A stretch of 64,000 nt of DNA from the NCBI GenBank assembly GCA_038321985.1, contig JBBQFN010000002.1, forward strand, positions 64,001-128,000. Reading direction: 5' to 3'. The DNA comes from Cyanophyceae cyanobacterium. GTDB lineage: Bacteria > Cyanobacteriota > Cyanobacteriia > Cyanobacteriales > Laspinemataceae. Positions 1-12,700 of the stretch are shown piece by piece. Below the pieces are notes generated by a model. That model was not told the DNA's origin. It saw only the letters and a list, made by a program, of their open reading frames with translations, and did not search any database. Each line of letters begins with the position of its first letter. Position 1 is the first letter of the stretch. A program made the position numbers and the translations under genes.

Positions 1-255
1 TGGGATGGACTTCTACCCTGAACGGGTATGAGTTTTCTTTAATTGCCAAGTTTTCTTAATTTTCATTCCCCGTTTAACCCCCCTAAAATTGGATATAATT
101 TAAACTAGAAAAGCTGTCTAAAAAATTTTTTCTCAATCTATAAAATCAAGTCGGCAGCCAAAAACAAAGCAAGCGCCATCACAGCGCCTTGCCAAAAACT
201 CGGGTTCTCAGCCTAAAAAATTCCAATTCACCAAACTTAAACAGGAACAATTGAT

Positions 256-483
256 ATGTTTTTAGAACAAAAATCAACGGGCAATTTAATTGAAGTTGTC
301 AAAAATGAGGATTTGTCCGACCCCAGTTGCACTGAAGTTGAGGGGAGATCTCATGCGGGAGAAGAAATGCAAGATGTAGAAAATTTTCCGAAAGAAGATT
401 TAAAATTCCCCTCCGGGGAATCCTTACCCATCTGCTGGGTGGATCCGAACTATCGTTCTTCTGCTCCAAAAGTCTCCTCTTGA
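256..483 (+). CDS. Small conserved cyanobacterial hypothetical protein (75 aa)
   Basis: ORF with upstream AGGA RBS; motifs AGEEMQD and FPSGESLPICW resemble a small conserved cyanobacterial family. Confidence 0.75.
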   Translation: MFLEQKSTGNLIEVVKNEDLSDPSCTEVEGRSHAGEEMQDVENFPKEDLKFPSGESLPICWVDPNYRSSAPKVSS

Positions 484-489
484 GCCAGA

Positions 490-3400
490 TCAAGCAATAA
501 GGTCTTGATCAGGGCGATCGCCGGGTGTTTTTCGCTGTATTTCACCCCGCGATCGTGGAGTGATGGGTAAAGCAATAATAAATTCAGTGCCCTCTCCGGG
601 TGTAGAAATACAGCGCAGTTCTCCTCCATGTTTTTCTACTACAATGGAGTAAGAAATAGAAAGTCCTAAACCTGTCCCCTGTCCGACAGGTTTAGTGGTA
701 AAAAATGGGTCAAAAATTTTCAGCCGTACCGCTTCACTGATGCCCGGACCATTATCTGCAATCCGAACCTGTACCCAATCGCGATCGCGGACTTCCGTGC
801 GAAGGACAATCCTCGGTAAGCAGGTTCCCGGAGTCGATACATCTACGGGAAGAACATCTGACCCAGCTAACGAGGAAATAGAATAATGCCCTTGTTCCTC
901 TGGGCTGTGCTGTCCTAATCGATCCCACATATCAAAGGCATCGATCGCATTATTTAAAATATTCATCACCACCTGATTCACTTGGGACGCGTAGCAGGTA
1001 ATGGGTGGCAGCTTGCCATACTCTTTGATTACCTCAATTGTTGGACCCCCTTTTGGACAAGCCAAACGGGACTGCAAAATTAACAGAGTGGAATCAATCC
1101 CTTGATGAAGATCAACTTCTTTCATCGCTGATTCATCCAGGCGGGAGAAATTGCGTAATCCTAAAACAATTTGGCGAATACGTTCGGCTCCACTTTTCAT
1201 GGAAGACAGCAACCTCGGTAAATCTTCTAGTAAAAAGTCTAGATCCATCTGCTTGATAGCCTCTTGAATTTCCTCTATAGGAGCAGGATAGTGAGTTTGA
1301 TAGAGAAAAATCAAGTTAAATAAATCTTCGAGATACTCTCCAGCATGATTGAGATTGCCATAAATAAAACTGACGGGATTATTAATTTCATGAGCAATTC
1401 CGGCCACCATTTGGCCTAGACTTGACATTTTTTCGGTTTGAATTAGTTGCGCTTGGGTGTGTTTCAGGGTTTCCAGGGTCTGTGACAAGCGTAGATTTTT
1501 TTCGTTTAAGGCATCGTTGGCTTGATTTAAGGCGTGAGTGCGTTCTTGAACTTTGGCTTCGAGGTTGGCATAAAGTAGGGCATTTTCTAAAGCGATCGCC
1601 GCTTGGGAGGACAGAATTTTTAAAATTTCTAGGCGATCGCGGGTAAAGGCGGCTCGGGTTAAGTTATTTTCTAAATACAGGATGCCTAATGTTTTTCCCC
1701 CATTCACAATCGGGGTACATAACAAAGATTTTAACTGATGTTCAACCACATAAGGATCGTTTGTAAATGCTCCCTCACAAGCTGCATGGCTTAATACTAA
1801 GTTAGACCCAGTTCGAGCTACATATTTGACGATCGCCCGGGGTAAATCAGAGCAAGTTTCGATATCAATAGATTGCTCAACGGTAACGGCTTCGGCTTCT
1901 ACGGAGGCTGAGGCAGAAATCAAAAGTTTGCCCTCAACGGCTAAAATTAAAAAGCCTTTTTCTGCGCCGGCATTCTCGATCGCCGTTTTCATTAAGGTAG
2001 CTAGCAATTTATCCAGTACAATTTCACTGGCGATCGCTTGTGAGGCTTTGAGGACTGTCGTCAAATCCAGGCGATCGCTACTCTCCCGAGAGACGGAGAT
2101 TTCCGCCTGAGTCGGTAGCTGGGCGTTGGAGGGAGAGAATTGGGCCGTGACGACGGGCAGTAATTGGGAATAGGTAGTTTCCAACTGTTTGACTTTCGCT
2201 GTTGCACCCCATTTTTTATACCCCTCATAGGCTTCCTGCATATAACCTTTGGCAACGGTGACTTTTCCCAAGCCTAAATAAAACTTAGCCGCCCGTTCCT
2301 GGGTAAGTGCGGCTTCATGTAAATACTCATGTTCCGTGGCGAGTTCGATGGCGCAGTCATATTTATCCATCGCCTGAGATTTCTGACCCAGTAACCGGTC
2401 CCATTCAGCTTGCACCAGATAAAATTTATGCAAATAATTCATTGGGGCATGATCGGCCCATTTTTTCAGTTTCTTTTGGTTAATCCCGACTTTTTTGAGG
2501 AGAATTTGCCGTTCTTGTTCCCCGGCGCGATCGCACAGCGCCATTCGCGTTAGGGAATCGTACCAATAAAATAGCGCCACAACCGGCAAGGCGATCGCCC
2601 CATCTAGATATTTCTGTGCTTCTTCTGCATTAATAAGCGCTTCGGGGTAGTTTTCAAACCAATAACAAAGTGTTAATTGATTAACAAAGTAATCGTGCAG
2701 TCCATTTCGGTCATTTGCTGCCATCATTAAGGGCAACGACTGCCCGCGATCAAAGGCTTCTCCTACTAACTGACAGGGATTTTCACTGCGTCCTAGCAAA
2801 TTCAGCACCGCTTGCCGATACATTTCATTCCATCGAACCACGTTCATCTGTTGCCACTGGTGGAGGGAATGGCTTAACTGTGTCATTTCCCGTTCTACCC
2901 CATTGAGTTCTTCTCCAATAAAGTATAAGTTTTGACAGAAGTTTTTGGCTGCATAAGAAGCCCATTCTAAATCGCCATTTTCAATTCCGCTACGTTTGGC
3001 TTCGCATAACGGAAGTAATGTTTCCTTGAGATGAACAGTCCAAGGGTTAATTAACCCTTCTACCATGGTTAAAATTTTTGCTCGCGTTTGATTATTGCCA
3101 AACTGATCTAACAAATTTAATGCTAATTGTCCAAATTTATACCCGAGTTCAATTTCCCAAAAACCCCCGGCCAAAATTACGCCATAATTGGCATAAGCAA
3201 AGGCGGACCAGGGGGAATTCCCCCACTGAATTGATAAATTTACCTGTTTAAATACAATCAGCGGGAATAAAGCTGGGGCGGCTTGATAGGCAGCCGACAC
3301 AAAGCTAGAGAGAATTCGCATAGCGGCGAGTGTCTCCGGGTCTATCATGGTCGGCAATCCCAATAAGTCGGTAGGGTCTTTTTCACCCATTACAACCCGG

Positions 3401-6090
3401 GTTGTTTCTAGTTCCCGATGGATATCGGTAAGGCTGGGATTATCAATTAAGGGGACACCTAGTTTTTGGGTAACTTGCATACCGACTTGCACCGCTTCTA
3501 GTGGTTGCGCCTGCACCATACAAGATTGAATTTTTAATTCATAAACTCTGACCGCATCAAGCAGGGTTTTACTCTGTTCAATGACGGGATTGAATAAGGC
3601 GTTCATTTGGGCGAAGTCGCCACATAAATAAGCAGCTTCTGTGGCTTCTTGATACAGGGCCAGGGTTAAGTTATAGTTTTTTTGCCAGCGATCGCCGCTT
3701 AAGAGTTGGATGCCGTGATTTAGATAGTTGAGTGCCGGTTGATAGGCTGCCGATCGCTTGGCTTTTTGTCCCGCGTTCAGGTTTAATTGGGCAATTTTTT
3801 CTCGGTCCTGAGAATGACTGTTCGGTGAGATGCCTTTATTGAGTTGATTGACAATATCAAAGAGCCTATCATCCCGGCGATCGCTGGGGGTATTTTTCAG
3901 CCAGTATTGTCCGATTTTTCCATGGATAGTAGATTTGTCAGAATCGGAAATCAGCGAGTAGGCGGCGGTATAAATGCGGTCGTGTACGAATTTATATTCT
4001 GCGATCAGGCGATCCATACTTGTCTCGTCCTGACTGCCTGCTTTCCATTCCGCGATCGTCACGGACCAATCTGCACTCTCCGTTGCCGGCAAAACAAACC
4101 CTTGGGTGACTGTTGCACGCAAATTCGCCGCAATTTCTTTTACCGACTGATTAGAAATCGCCGCCAAGGTTTGCAGATCAAATCGCTTACCAATACAGGC
4201 AGCCAGCTTCAGTAAAGATTGCTCCCGTTCCCCCAGTTTACCAATTTTTCCAGCTAATAATTTTACCACATTATCGGTAATGGACCGCTTCTTTATTTTT
4301 TCAATCGACCACTGCCAGGTTAAACTTTGATTATCAAACTCAATTAATTTATCTTCATAGATGGCGGTTAAAAATTGCTGAATAAACAAAGGATTTCCTT
4401 CAGTTTTATCCACCACTAATTCGGCAAACGGTCCGGCTTGTCTTAAGGAACACTGAAAGGTATCGGCCAAAAGCTGATTAACACTCGCTAATCCCAAAGG
4501 TTCTAATTCGATCCAATTAACAATTCCCTGGGTTTCCTGAATATGGGCTAGCATTTCCAGGATTTGAGTATCAGCAGGATTCAAGGGGTTTTGGGATACT
4601 CTCTCGCGATAAGAAAGCACTAAGAATAGTCCCGGATCCGGGACACTCATCAGCCGTTGAATTAGGCGCAAAGACCCCGCATCGGCCCACTGAATATCGT
4701 CTAAAAATATGGTTAAGGGATGGTTCGGATTTGCAACAACTTTTATAAAATTTTGAAAGGTTAAATGAAAGCGATTTTCTGCTTCCGTAGGGGGGAGAAC
4801 TGGTATAGGGTTTTGTTTACCCAAAATCAGCGCCATTTCAGGAATCACATCAACGATAACCTGTCCGTTGGTGCCGAGTGCCATCCGGAGTTGCTCTTGC
4901 CAAGAGTCGAGGCGATCGTCGGGTTCCATTAGCAAGTGAGCGACTAATTCTTCAAAGGCTTTAATCAAGCCCAGGTAAGGAATATCTTGCTGGCTTTTGT
5001 TAAATTTTCCCGAAATAAAATAGCCGCTCCTTTTGGCAATGGGCTGATAGAGTTGCTGCACAAATGAAGTTTTCCCCATGCCACCTTCCCCAACTACCAC
5101 CATCACTTCTCGTTGGGATTGCCGGGTGCGTTCAAAGGCAGCGGACAAGGCTATAAATTGAGATTTTCGACCATAAATTTTATGGGAAATTTTAAACTTG
5201 CGGGAAACATCATTTTCTCCTAAAATAAAATCTTCTATTTCTCCGGTAGCTTCTAGTTGCATCAAGCAGACCACTAAATCCGCTTGCAGTCCCCAAGCGC
5301 TTTGATATCGGTCTTCTGCCGTTTTAGAAAGCAATTTCATCACAATATCAGAAACGGCTTTGGGAATGGAGGATTCTATTTGATGGGGGGGAACCGGCTG
5401 TTTTGCCAGATGGGAATGTACAATTTCCATCGGGTCAGGACTGGTAAAGGGCAACTGGTTTAGGAGGAGTTCGTAGAGGGTAACTCCCAGGGAATAAAAG
5501 TCCGTCCGATAGTCTAATGTGCGATTCATTCTGCCGGTTTGTTCCGGGGACATATAGGCGAGATTGCCTTCTAAGATATTGGGATTTTTTAACTGAGGAG
5601 TTTCTGCGGATAAAATCGTGGCAATGCTAAATCCAATCAGCTTAAGTTCTGCGGTTTCCGGGTTGAAAAGGATATGGGCCGGATTGATATTTTTATGGAT
5701 GATATTAGCACTATGAATTGATCCCAGTGCTTCGGCAATTTGAATAGCCAGGTTCAAAAATTCAATCTGCGTCAAAATCCGATTTTTGAGGAATTGTTTT
5801 AAAGACTCTGCGCCAAAGTCTTCTAAAATTAAGGCGATCGCCTGATTATACTTGTGAATGCCGTAGGTCTGGACTACGCCCTCTAAATTTAAGCGATAAA
5901 TTTCATATTCTTGCTTGTATCGGCTAAAGTCTGCTAGACTACCTAGGTTTGAATGTAAAATTTTTACGATCACCGCTAAATTATCCCGCTCCCGAATTGT
6001 CCGATAGACTATTGAGCGAGAGTTTTCGCTGAGTTTGGCAATAATTTTGAACCCGTTTAGGGCCAGGGTCGGTATTTTGCTTTCTATCAT
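490..6090 (-). CDS. HstK-type hybrid protein: Ser/Thr-kinase-like domain + AAA ATPase + GAF + histidine kinase
   Basis: [12 protein letters not shown] kinase segment, Walker [22 protein letters not shown] region (GILYLENN), H-box AHEINNP, DNGPG, GTGLGL; ATG at 6090 preferred over TTG at 6159. Confidence 0.92.
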   Translation of the reverse strand: MIESKIPTLALNGFKIIAKLSENSRSIVYRTIRERDNLAVIVKILHSNLGSLADFSRYKQEYEIYRLNLEGVVQTYGIHKYNQAIALILEDFGAESLKQFLKNRILTQIEFLNLAIQIAEALGSIHSANIIHKNINPAHILFNPETAELKLIGFSIATILSAETPQLKNPNILEGNLAYMSPEQTGRMNRTLDYRTDFYSLGVTLYELLLNQLPFTSPDPMEIVHSHLAKQPVPPHQIESSIPKAVSDIVMKLLSKTAEDRYQSAWGLQADLVVCLMQLEATGEIEDFILGENDVSRKFKISHKIYGRKSQFIALSAAFERTRQSQREVMVVVGEGGMGKTSFVQQLYQPIAKRSGYFISGKFNKSQQDIPYLGLIKAFEELVAHLLMEPDDRLDSWQEQLRMALGTNGQVIVDVIPEMALILGKQNPIPVLPPTEAENRFHLTFQNFIKVVANPNHPLTIFLDDIQWADAGSLRLIQRLMSVPDPGLFLVLSYRERVSQNPLNPADTQILEMLAHIQETQGIVNWIELEPLGLASVNQLLADTFQCSLRQAGPFAELVVDKTEGNPLFIQQFLTAIYEDKLIEFDNQSLTWQWSIEKIKKRSITDNVVKLLAGKIGKLGEREQSLLKLAACIGKRFDLQTLAAISNQSVKEIAANLRATVTQGFVLPATESADWSVTIAEWKAGSQDETSMDRLIAEYKFVHDRIYTAAYSLISDSDKSTIHGKIGQYWLKNTPSDRRDDRLFDIVNQLNKGISPNSHSQDREKIAQLNLNAGQKAKRSAAYQPALNYLNHGIQLLSGDRWQKNYNLTLALYQEATEAAYLCGDFAQMNALFNPVIEQSKTLLDAVRVYELKIQSCMVQAQPLEAVQVGMQVTQKLGVPLIDNPSLTDIHRELETTRVVMGEKDPTDLLGLPTMIDPETLAAMRILSSFVSAAYQAAPALFPLIVFKQVNLSIQWGNSPWSAFAYANYGVILAGGFWEIELGYKFGQLALNLLDQFGNNQTRAKILTMVEGLINPWTVHLKETLLPLCEAKRSGIENGDLEWASYAAKNFCQNLYFIGEELNGVEREMTQLSHSLHQWQQMNVVRWNEMYRQAVLNLLGRSENPCQLVGEAFDRGQSLPLMMAANDRNGLHDYFVNQLTLCYWFENYPEALINAEEAQKYLDGAIALPVVALFYWYDSLTRMALCDRAGEQERQILLKKVGINQKKLKKWADHAPMNYLHKFYLVQAEWDRLLGQKSQAMDKYDCAIELATEHEYLHEAALTQERAAKFYLGLGKVTVAKGYMQEAYEGYKKWGATAKVKQLETTYSQLLPVVTAQFSPSNAQLPTQAEISVSRESSDRLDLTTVLKASQAIASEIVLDKLLATLMKTAIENAGAEKGFLILAVEGKLLISASASVEAEAVTVEQSIDIETCSDLPRAIVKYVARTGSNLVLSHAACEGAFTNDPYVVEHQLKSLLCTPIVNGGKTLGILYLENNLTRAAFTRDRLEILKILSSQAAIALENALLYANLEAKVQERTHALNQANDALNEKNLRLSQTLETLKHTQAQLIQTEKMSSLGQMVAGIAHEINNPVSFIYGNLNHAGEYLEDLFNLIFLYQTHYPAPIEEIQEAIKQMDLDFLLEDLPRLLSSMKSGAERIRQIVLGLRNFSRLDESAMKEVDLHQGIDSTLLILQSRLACPKGGPTIEVIKEYGKLPPITCYASQVNQVVMNILNNAIDAFDMWDRLGQHSPEEQGHYSISSLAGSDVLPVDVSTPGTCLPRIVLRTEVRDRDWVQVRIADNGPGISEAVRLKIFDPFFTTKPVGQGTGLGLSISYSIVVEKHGGELRCISTPGEGTEFIIALPITPRSRGEIQRKTPGDRPDQDLIA

Positions 6091-6453
6091 AGGTCCAGTG
6101 GGTGCATTGGTCCGGTCAGAATAGGGAAAATTAAAAATACCCCTAGGCACAGCGGCCAAAACCAGCGTTCTCGTGGTTTGGAGAAGCAGGTTTTAGGGTG
6201 TCCATCGCCCGGTCCGCACGATCCGTTACGAACCGTGATTACCTTTGTTTTCTCAGTTTAACTTAAGCTCTTGTACTTTTCTGTAACAAAAATCAGGAAA
6301 TCTGAACAGAATCGGTTACAACTAGGAGAACCCGTAGCCAGATCAGTCGGCCTCTTGATGTATGCTTATTCTCTCACTGTATCCCCAGGATTAATATTCG
6401 ATTGGGATCTATTTCTTTTAAAATTAAGAGATAATTTAGCTGCCTTTTTCCCC

Positions 6454-6864
6454 ATGAGCAATCCCTTAAAACGCTTAAAATATTTACCCTGGTCTTCCCT
6501 GCTGCCGGTTGCGGGCCTCACAACTCAACTCGTGGCGGCAATCGAGGTCTGGTTGGCATACGGTGCTACCCAATCAAACGCCCTTAGAAATACCTTGGGC
6601 TTACTGTATGCACCGCCTTTGGGAACCCTGGTTGCGTTTGCATTAGCGGTGGGAATGGGGGCGATCGCTGTGTACGGATGCGAACGCTGGAATCGTGCCA
6701 TGCTCAATTCCGGGAGTCTGTGGGCCTTAGCCTTTTGCTTACTCCTCGGTCTATTTATTAAGTCCCTTCTCCCTATCCCAGGGTTACTCGTGGATCTTTC
6801 CCAAATGTCTTTTATCGCGTTGGTGGTAGGCATTTTCTGGAAAGGGCGACCTTATTTACGCTAA
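6454..6864 (+). CDS. Conserved cyanobacterial membrane protein (about 4 TM helices)
   Basis: ATG start MSNPLKRLKYLPW; hydrophobic segments; C-terminal FWKGRPY. Confidence 0.7.
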   Translation: MSNPLKRLKYLPWSSLLPVAGLTTQLVAAIEVWLAYGATQSNALRNTLGLLYAPPLGTLVAFALAVGMGAIAVYGCERWNRAMLNSGSLWALAFCLLLGLFIKSLLPIPGLLVDLSQMSFIALVVGIFWKGRPYLR

Positions 6865-6968
6865 GCGTAGGGAAGATCCGGGCGCTTGATCCCCACCGCT
6901 ACCCTAGGATTGAGAAGGCTAGATAAATTCTAGATTCTCAATTGTTAATTCTTTATTTTTTAATCTGC

Positions 6969-7020
6969 AAAAAAAAATCCCGCTCAAGTTGAACGGGAAG
7001 CCATCAGGGTGCATCTACTA
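6969..7020 (-). ncRNA. Putative NsiR1-like small RNA, copy 1
   Basis: Minus strand reads TAGTAGATGCACCCTGATGGCTTCCCGTTCAACTTGAGCGGGATTTTTTTTT: a 14-nt core identical to the copy at 30811-30859, then a hairpin and U-tract. Confidence 0.55.
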
Positions 7021-7041
7021 ATGGATTTCATCATAACCGAT

Positions 7042-7058
7042 GAGGGGTGACACCCCAC
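7042..7058. promoter_or_regulatory. HetR-box-like inverted repeat GAGGGGTGACACCCCAC
   Basis: GGGGT-N3-ACCCC palindrome; resembles the hetP HetR site as I recall it (GAGGGGTCTAACCCCTC); lies about 25-40 nt upstream of sRNA copy 1. Confidence 0.4.
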
Positions 7059-7264
7059 AGTTCTTTAACAAAAATTTATAAAATCGCTGAAAAGGTCGAA
7101 ATCTCGTTACGTTAGTCCTACAGATTCAACTCCCAATCCGATATTAATTACAGATTAATGATTAAGGATTAATCATGAGGAAATACAGCGATTTCTAAAA
7201 AAGCTAGCCTTATCAGTTGCCAAGGGAAAGGCGCTTAAACAATTGGCTTAAAATCTGGCAACCT

Positions 7265-7771
7265 CTAAGATAGGGAGTCTGAGGACGAGAAGAGTTCGGA
7301 AAACTCCAAAGCGGCTAATTGAGCGCGCCGCTGAGACAGTTGAAATTCCAGGGATTCGATTTCCGAGAGCAATTGCTGCCGTCGCTGTTCCACTCCATCG
7401 GTCTGGAATGCTAAAAAGGCTTCAATATCCGGCCATAATTCCACCGCCCAATCTTTACTAGCACTCCGGCATTCTTTGACAATTTGCACAGTGCCATTGG
7501 GTTGAAGTGCGAATAAAGTGTACAACCGCTTCTGAGTTCCTTTTTTGCTGCCTTTTTTCTCGCAGTGGAGATAGAGTCCCGGCTGTTGAAAGGTTTGGAC
7601 GCTGAGGTTGCTGACAAAATCACCCAAAATCGAATATCCATCAGTCGCGGTGGTATCGACGCCCTCAACTCGCTTGCACCAGTTGCCTGATTTTTCAGAA
7701 AGACTGCCTTCCCAAAAACCGGGCGCATTGAGGAACGCTTCTTTGAGATTAACCAGAAAGGATTCACTCAT
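7265..7771 (-). CDS. Hypothetical protein with C-terminal coiled coil
   Basis: ORF from MSESFLVNLK; C-terminal heptad pattern (RRQQLLSEIESLEFQLSQRRAQL). Confidence 0.7.
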   Translation of the reverse strand: MSESFLVNLKEAFLNAPGFWEGSLSEKSGNWCKRVEGVDTTATDGYSILGDFVSNLSVQTFQQPGLYLHCEKKGSKKGTQKRLYTLFALQPNGTVQIVKECRSASKDWAVELWPDIEAFLAFQTDGVEQRRQQLLSEIESLEFQLSQRRAQLAALEFSELFSSSDSLS

Positions 7772-7885
7772 GGATTTAAAGTTGAATTTCAGGAGGGGGC
7801 GATCGCCTGCTATGAGGGAGAGTTGAGGTGCCTCCCCTGGGTAAACCGGAATCATACAGGCGATCGCAGCGCAAAGAACAGGGAC

Positions 7886-8251
7886 TTACTTGGTGGAGAA
7901 AGAACCCCATTGAGCTTCACCGGACATAGGCCGAGTGGCAACCTGTTTGCTTTGATTTCGCACGGATTTCTTTTCCGGGCGCGGTGGAGTGACGATCGCC
8001 GACTCCGAGAGTTCAGATTCTTGAGTGGGAGTTAGTGATTGGGGCGATCGCAACTCCGGGAGTTCTGGGATCAGTTCGGCGGTCATTTTTGCGGGTTCAA
8101 GGTAGGGAGTCTCTGGGGAAACTACGAGAGGGCCTCCAACTGAGCGAGATTTTTTCGGACGACGGAGTACAGGTTTGGGCTTGTTCGGATCCGCAATCAG
8201 CCAGAGAACGGCAAGAATAACGCAGATATCTAATAGCAGCATTTCCAACAT
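7886..8251 (-). CDS. Hypothetical protein with N-terminal membrane anchor and Pro-rich tail
   Basis: 121-aa ORF; hydrophobic N-terminus. Confidence 0.5.
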   Translation of the reverse strand: MLEMLLLDICVILAVLWLIADPNKPKPVLRRPKKSRSVGGPLVVSPETPYLEPAKMTAELIPELPELRSPQSLTPTQESELSESAIVTPPRPEKKSVRNQSKQVATRPMSGEAQWGSFSTK

Positions 8252-8496
8252 AATCGAACCTTAAATCGTGCGGCAAAAAAACCCGAGAATGGGGTAGGGT
8301 CGCGATCGCCTGCCATCTTCAGAAAGTTAAGCAACTGTCCCCTGAGCTGGGAACGCGATTCCCTCTCTTGATTGTAGAGTTGAAGAGTACCGAGAGCCAA
8401 CTGTTTTATCAATCAGCAACCCAATTTCTGGCAATCCCTGAATCAGTTCTCCAGCTAAACTTGGCCTTAAACCACTCCCTTAGTCCCGAGGGGAGA

Positions 8497-8694
8497 CTAT
8501 ACCTGGGGTTTTTCTGCTTTCCGTTCCATCTGTGATTCTGGGATATCTGGCGCAGGGACAGTTTGCCGCAGTTGATAGCCCTGATGGTCCATTTCTCGCA
8601 CAAAATTAGTGGGTTCCTCGGGCTGAACCGGGGGTGCGGGTTCTGGTGGTGGCGCTTCCCGTCTCAGTTGTTTAAGTTTAGCTTTCCGTCCCAT
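8497..8694 (-). CDS. Small hypothetical protein (65 aa)
   Basis: GGAG RBS, ATG start MGRKAKLKQLRR. Confidence 0.6.
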   Translation of the reverse strand: MGRKAKLKQLRREAPPPEPAPPVQPEEPTNFVREMDHQGYQLRQTVPAPDIPESQMERKAEKPQV

Positions 8695-8788
8695 TCTGTT
8701 AACTCTCCATTCCGGTTTTTAAGTTAATTTTATCGGAATTTAGTGATTAGAAATCGGGGTTTTTGTGGGGGTTGTCTGGACTACCGCC

Positions 8789-9301
8789 CTAATTGCATAT
8801 TAGCAATTGCGTCACGATTTGGCCCCGGCGACCTTCTGGGGTGGTCACATCTGCAAAATAACCCAGACTCTCATTTACCGTAACAATGGTACTGTTGGGG
8901 ACACTGCCGAGGACTTCTCCACTGGGCGATCGCAGGTTAACGGGTCCTCCTTCTAAGGTTTTCACCTGCATTGACCCTGTAAACCGGGTGTTTCCGTAGT
9001 GATGATAAGTGAGAAAGCGTTCGGCGACCCCACCCGTTAACCCGCCCGGTGCAGTTATTTCCGACCAATTCCCACTGCGATCGCCCACGTTGTATAAAAC
9101 TACCGTCCCATTGGGAATTCTGCCCAGGATTGTAGCATTCGGGTCCGTACTTTCTCGCACATTCAGAACACCGCCTTCCGTGGTCACCCGCCGATACCAG
9201 GTCCGACAGTTAGAGTCAATATTAGATTGGGCCAAACTCGACGGCATCAAAGCCCCAATCGTTAAGGCAACTACCGCTAAGACAACAGGATAGCGTTTCA
9301 T
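8789..9301 (-). CDS. Secreted protein with two bacterial SH3-like domains
   Basis: Signal peptide; two repeats LNVR/VNLR...LGxIPNGTVV...W/F; GAGG RBS. Confidence 0.8.
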   Translation of the reverse strand: MKRYPVVLAVVALTIGALMPSSLAQSNIDSNCRTWYRRVTTEGGVLNVRESTDPNATILGRIPNGTVVLYNVGDRSGNWSEITAPGGLTGGVAERFLTYHHYGNTRFTGSMQVKTLEGGPVNLRSPSGEVLGSVPNSTIVTVNESLGYFADVTTPEGRRGQIVTQLLICN

Positions 9302-9534
9302 AATTTATCCTCCTCTTTCTAGTTTAAATCAAGTAGACAATTTTTGTAGAAGTAATCCCATGGGCGGGATTTGCCCCATTCCTAGGTGCTGTCTTGTTTT
9401 TTAGAAAATAAGCAGCTTATTTTATTCCTATACATCACCGAATTATGTTGGCTAAACCTAGAACTTACGACTGGATAAGCCGGTTAAAATCGGGGGAATC
9501 CTGGCAGATCCCATCTTTTTTAATAAACTGTAAA

Positions 9535-9565
9535 AGTAAGGACAGGGCAGTACCCTGTCCCTACG
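9535..9565. repeat. REP-like palindrome
   Basis: GTAAGGACAGGGCAGTACCCTGTCCCTAC; GTAG-type end; hairpin. Confidence 0.55.
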
Positions 9566-9716
9566 GGATTAATGGATATAGTGACTTTCAAGGGCCGGGA
9601 CAATTCTTTCTATTAGAACTCCTCAAAGGGGAGCGCTTTGCTTTCTAATGTAGCCTGAATTTAATAGGTTTGCCCTCCTTGATTCTATTATCAATTGACT
9701 GCCGGACTCCCTAGAA

Positions 9717-12700
9717 TTAACCTAAGAAATCAAACGCTCCATCCTCAATAATGCCGTTAGGATTGGCGGTTCCGGTAATGATTTGCTCCACTTGTTCGGG
9801 CGTCAAATTGGGATTAGCATTGAGCATCAATGCAGCTACACCACTGACCACGGGAGCCGCCATTGAGGTTCCCTTCCAGAAATCATAAGTATTAATGGGT
9901 ACCGAGGAATAAATATCTTCTCCCGGTGCAACAACATAATCCAGAAGGTCAGTACCCGCACGGTTGGTAAAGTCAGCTACCTGGCGATCGCGATTAACTG
10001 CACCTACAGCAATGCCGAATTCTGAAGCATAAGCGGCGGGATATCGGATCGAGCTAAACCGTTCATTTCCGGCAGAAGAGTTTAATCCATCATTTCCGGA
10101 AGCAGAAACAATAACGGCTCCTTTTTCTTTGGCATAGATGAGGGCTTCTTTGAGGGTAGTATTCACACTTCCCCCACCCAAACTTAAATTAAGAACCCTT
10201 GCGCCATTATCGACCGCATAGCGAATTCCCTGGGCAATTCGTTCTTCCTCTCCTGTAAATGGACCAATAACAACCACCGGCATAATGGTCGCATTGGGAG
10301 CAATTCCTGAATTTCCAATCCCATTATTATTTCCCGCAATAATTCCGGCGACATGGCTGGCATGACCCTCTAAAGGATCAATGCGATTGATTTCATTATT
10401 CCCATCCAAAAAGTTCCAACCGAGAATATCATCCACAAATCCATTGCCATCGTCATCGATGCCATTGCCGTTGATCTCCTGGGAATTGGTCCAAATGTTT
10501 CCCTCTAGCTGGGGATGAGTATAGTCTACATAACCATCAATGACAGCTACAATTACCCCTTGACCTGTATAACCTTGATTCCAGACAGCGGGTGCATTCA
10601 CCATATCAGAAACCCAATTCGACCCCACTTGTGGCGGCGTTTCTAAGAAAGGTGCGGTCCCCGTTGCTGCTGCAACTGCCGCTGCGGCATTCACCATGCC
10701 ATACCCCGATGACCGATTAAAAAGCTGAGGAGAAATGCTGAGGTCATAGTAAGTCGGACCTCCCACTTGGGACACCAAAATTTGATAGGTTCCCGGATCT
10801 AAGGTTAGGTGAATTTGTTCTAAAGTAGAACCGGGTTGGGTGGAAAGGGCCACCAATTCCTCGGGTTCGATCGCCTGATTAGAATTACGGTCCTGAACTA
10901 AATACAATTCGGCATTGGTACTTAATCCATCTAAAAATAAGCTGACGGTTTGGGGGCGATCAATCTGGAATTGGTAAAAATTGTTGGGATTTTCGGGTCC
11001 AATTATTCCTGATGTTCGCTGCACGCGATCGAGCAAGCCAAAGTTAAACGCATCGGCGACACCATTCCCGGCCATATTACCCGAAATTTCAGCCGGATTT
11101 GCTTCTAAGGAAAAATAGTAAGTGCTATCTCCCTGAATCGTATTTCCCCGAACAAAATAGGTCCCCGGACCCAAAATCCGGTTAATGCTTTCCACAGCAG
11201 CACCTTGAGATTCCGAGGAAACAATAATTTCTTCCGGATCAATGAGGCTGTTGCCATTGATATCTTTAATTAAAGAAAGTTGAGCATTACCACTGAGATC
11301 GTAAAGAAAAGCGCTAACTTCTTTAAAAGAATCCAGGCTAAACTTATAATAATCTTCCGGATTAGTGCTTTCTAAAAAATCATTTTTGATTTGCTTTTCC
11401 GATAACGGCCCTAAATCGGCGGCAGTGGCTAGGGTATTTCCCGCTCCGGAAGAAGGCAGGGCCGCAGTTGTTTTATCAATGGTTAAGAAATAAGGGGTAT
11501 TTCCACCTTGCTTGACCACACCCAAGAAATAAGTTCCTCGTCCTAATATCCGATTGATTTGGGGATTTAGGCTGGGTTCATCTCCTGGATAAGTAATAAA
11601 TTCCTGGAAAGTAAATAACCCATCATTATTGATATCCTGCATCAGAAAAAAGTCTGCATTTTGCTGTAAACTTTGCAGCTTAATATCAATATTTTGAGTG
11701 TCTTGAATTTCAAATTGATAAAAGTCGTAAGGATTGGCCTCGCCAATAAAGTCAGCGATTTCAAAGTGGTCACTTAATACCCCTATCTGCGCAAAACCAA
11801 TAGGTTCATTATTTCTAGCCCCGGATGCAGGCACTCCCGAGGGAATAGACTCTAGCATCAAATCGTAAGCGGTCTCGTTATCCACCTGAAGAATTCGGGC
11901 AAAGTAGGTTCCGGGTCCCAAACCCGAAAGGTAAACTGTAGAAGGAAATTGCTCCGGTTCTTCCTCGGGTCGAAAGGAATTGAGATACTCCATGAAATCA
12001 ATTTTTCCATCCCGGTTTAAATCAATCGGGCTACGATTTGCATCTCCTTGAGCTGAAACAATTTCTCCACTATCAATGAGGCCATTTTCGTTGCGGTCCT
12101 GAATGACTTGAATTTGAACATTAGCGCTTAAATTATCCGCAGACAATCGTAGGTCACTGGGAGAATTTACGGTAAATCGATAAAAATCTTGGACATTGCC
12201 ATTACCAATAAATCCTTGCCGGGCTTGGGGACGGGTTAAATCTCCAAGCCATAATGCTTCGGTTAAGGTACTACCGGGACGAGGTTTTGAAAGTAGGTTG
12301 GATGGAGCAGCAGAGACGCTAATTTGGTAAGCGGTATCTCCCTCCGATTCAGAAACTTTAACAAAATAAGTTCCCGGTGCGGTGGCAAAACGATCCAATT
12401 GTGAGATGGGGGCTTTATCGGCGGCGATCGCCTCTTGCACTTCTGCATCATCGGCAATTCCATTGTTATTGAGATCCCGAATTAATTGGATATTTGCAGA
12501 GGCATTACTACCGTCCAATTTGACACTGATATCGCTGAAAGTATCGAGGCGAAATTTATAGTAGTCTTCCGTATCTAGGGAACTGACAACGGGACGCGCG
12601 TTCGGATCTGCTCCCACCGTGTGAGACGGGTTGAGAACCCCCATATCTCCCGGTAAATATCGACGTCCTTCCGTAATCCCCGTATTCAGCAAGTGGTTGA

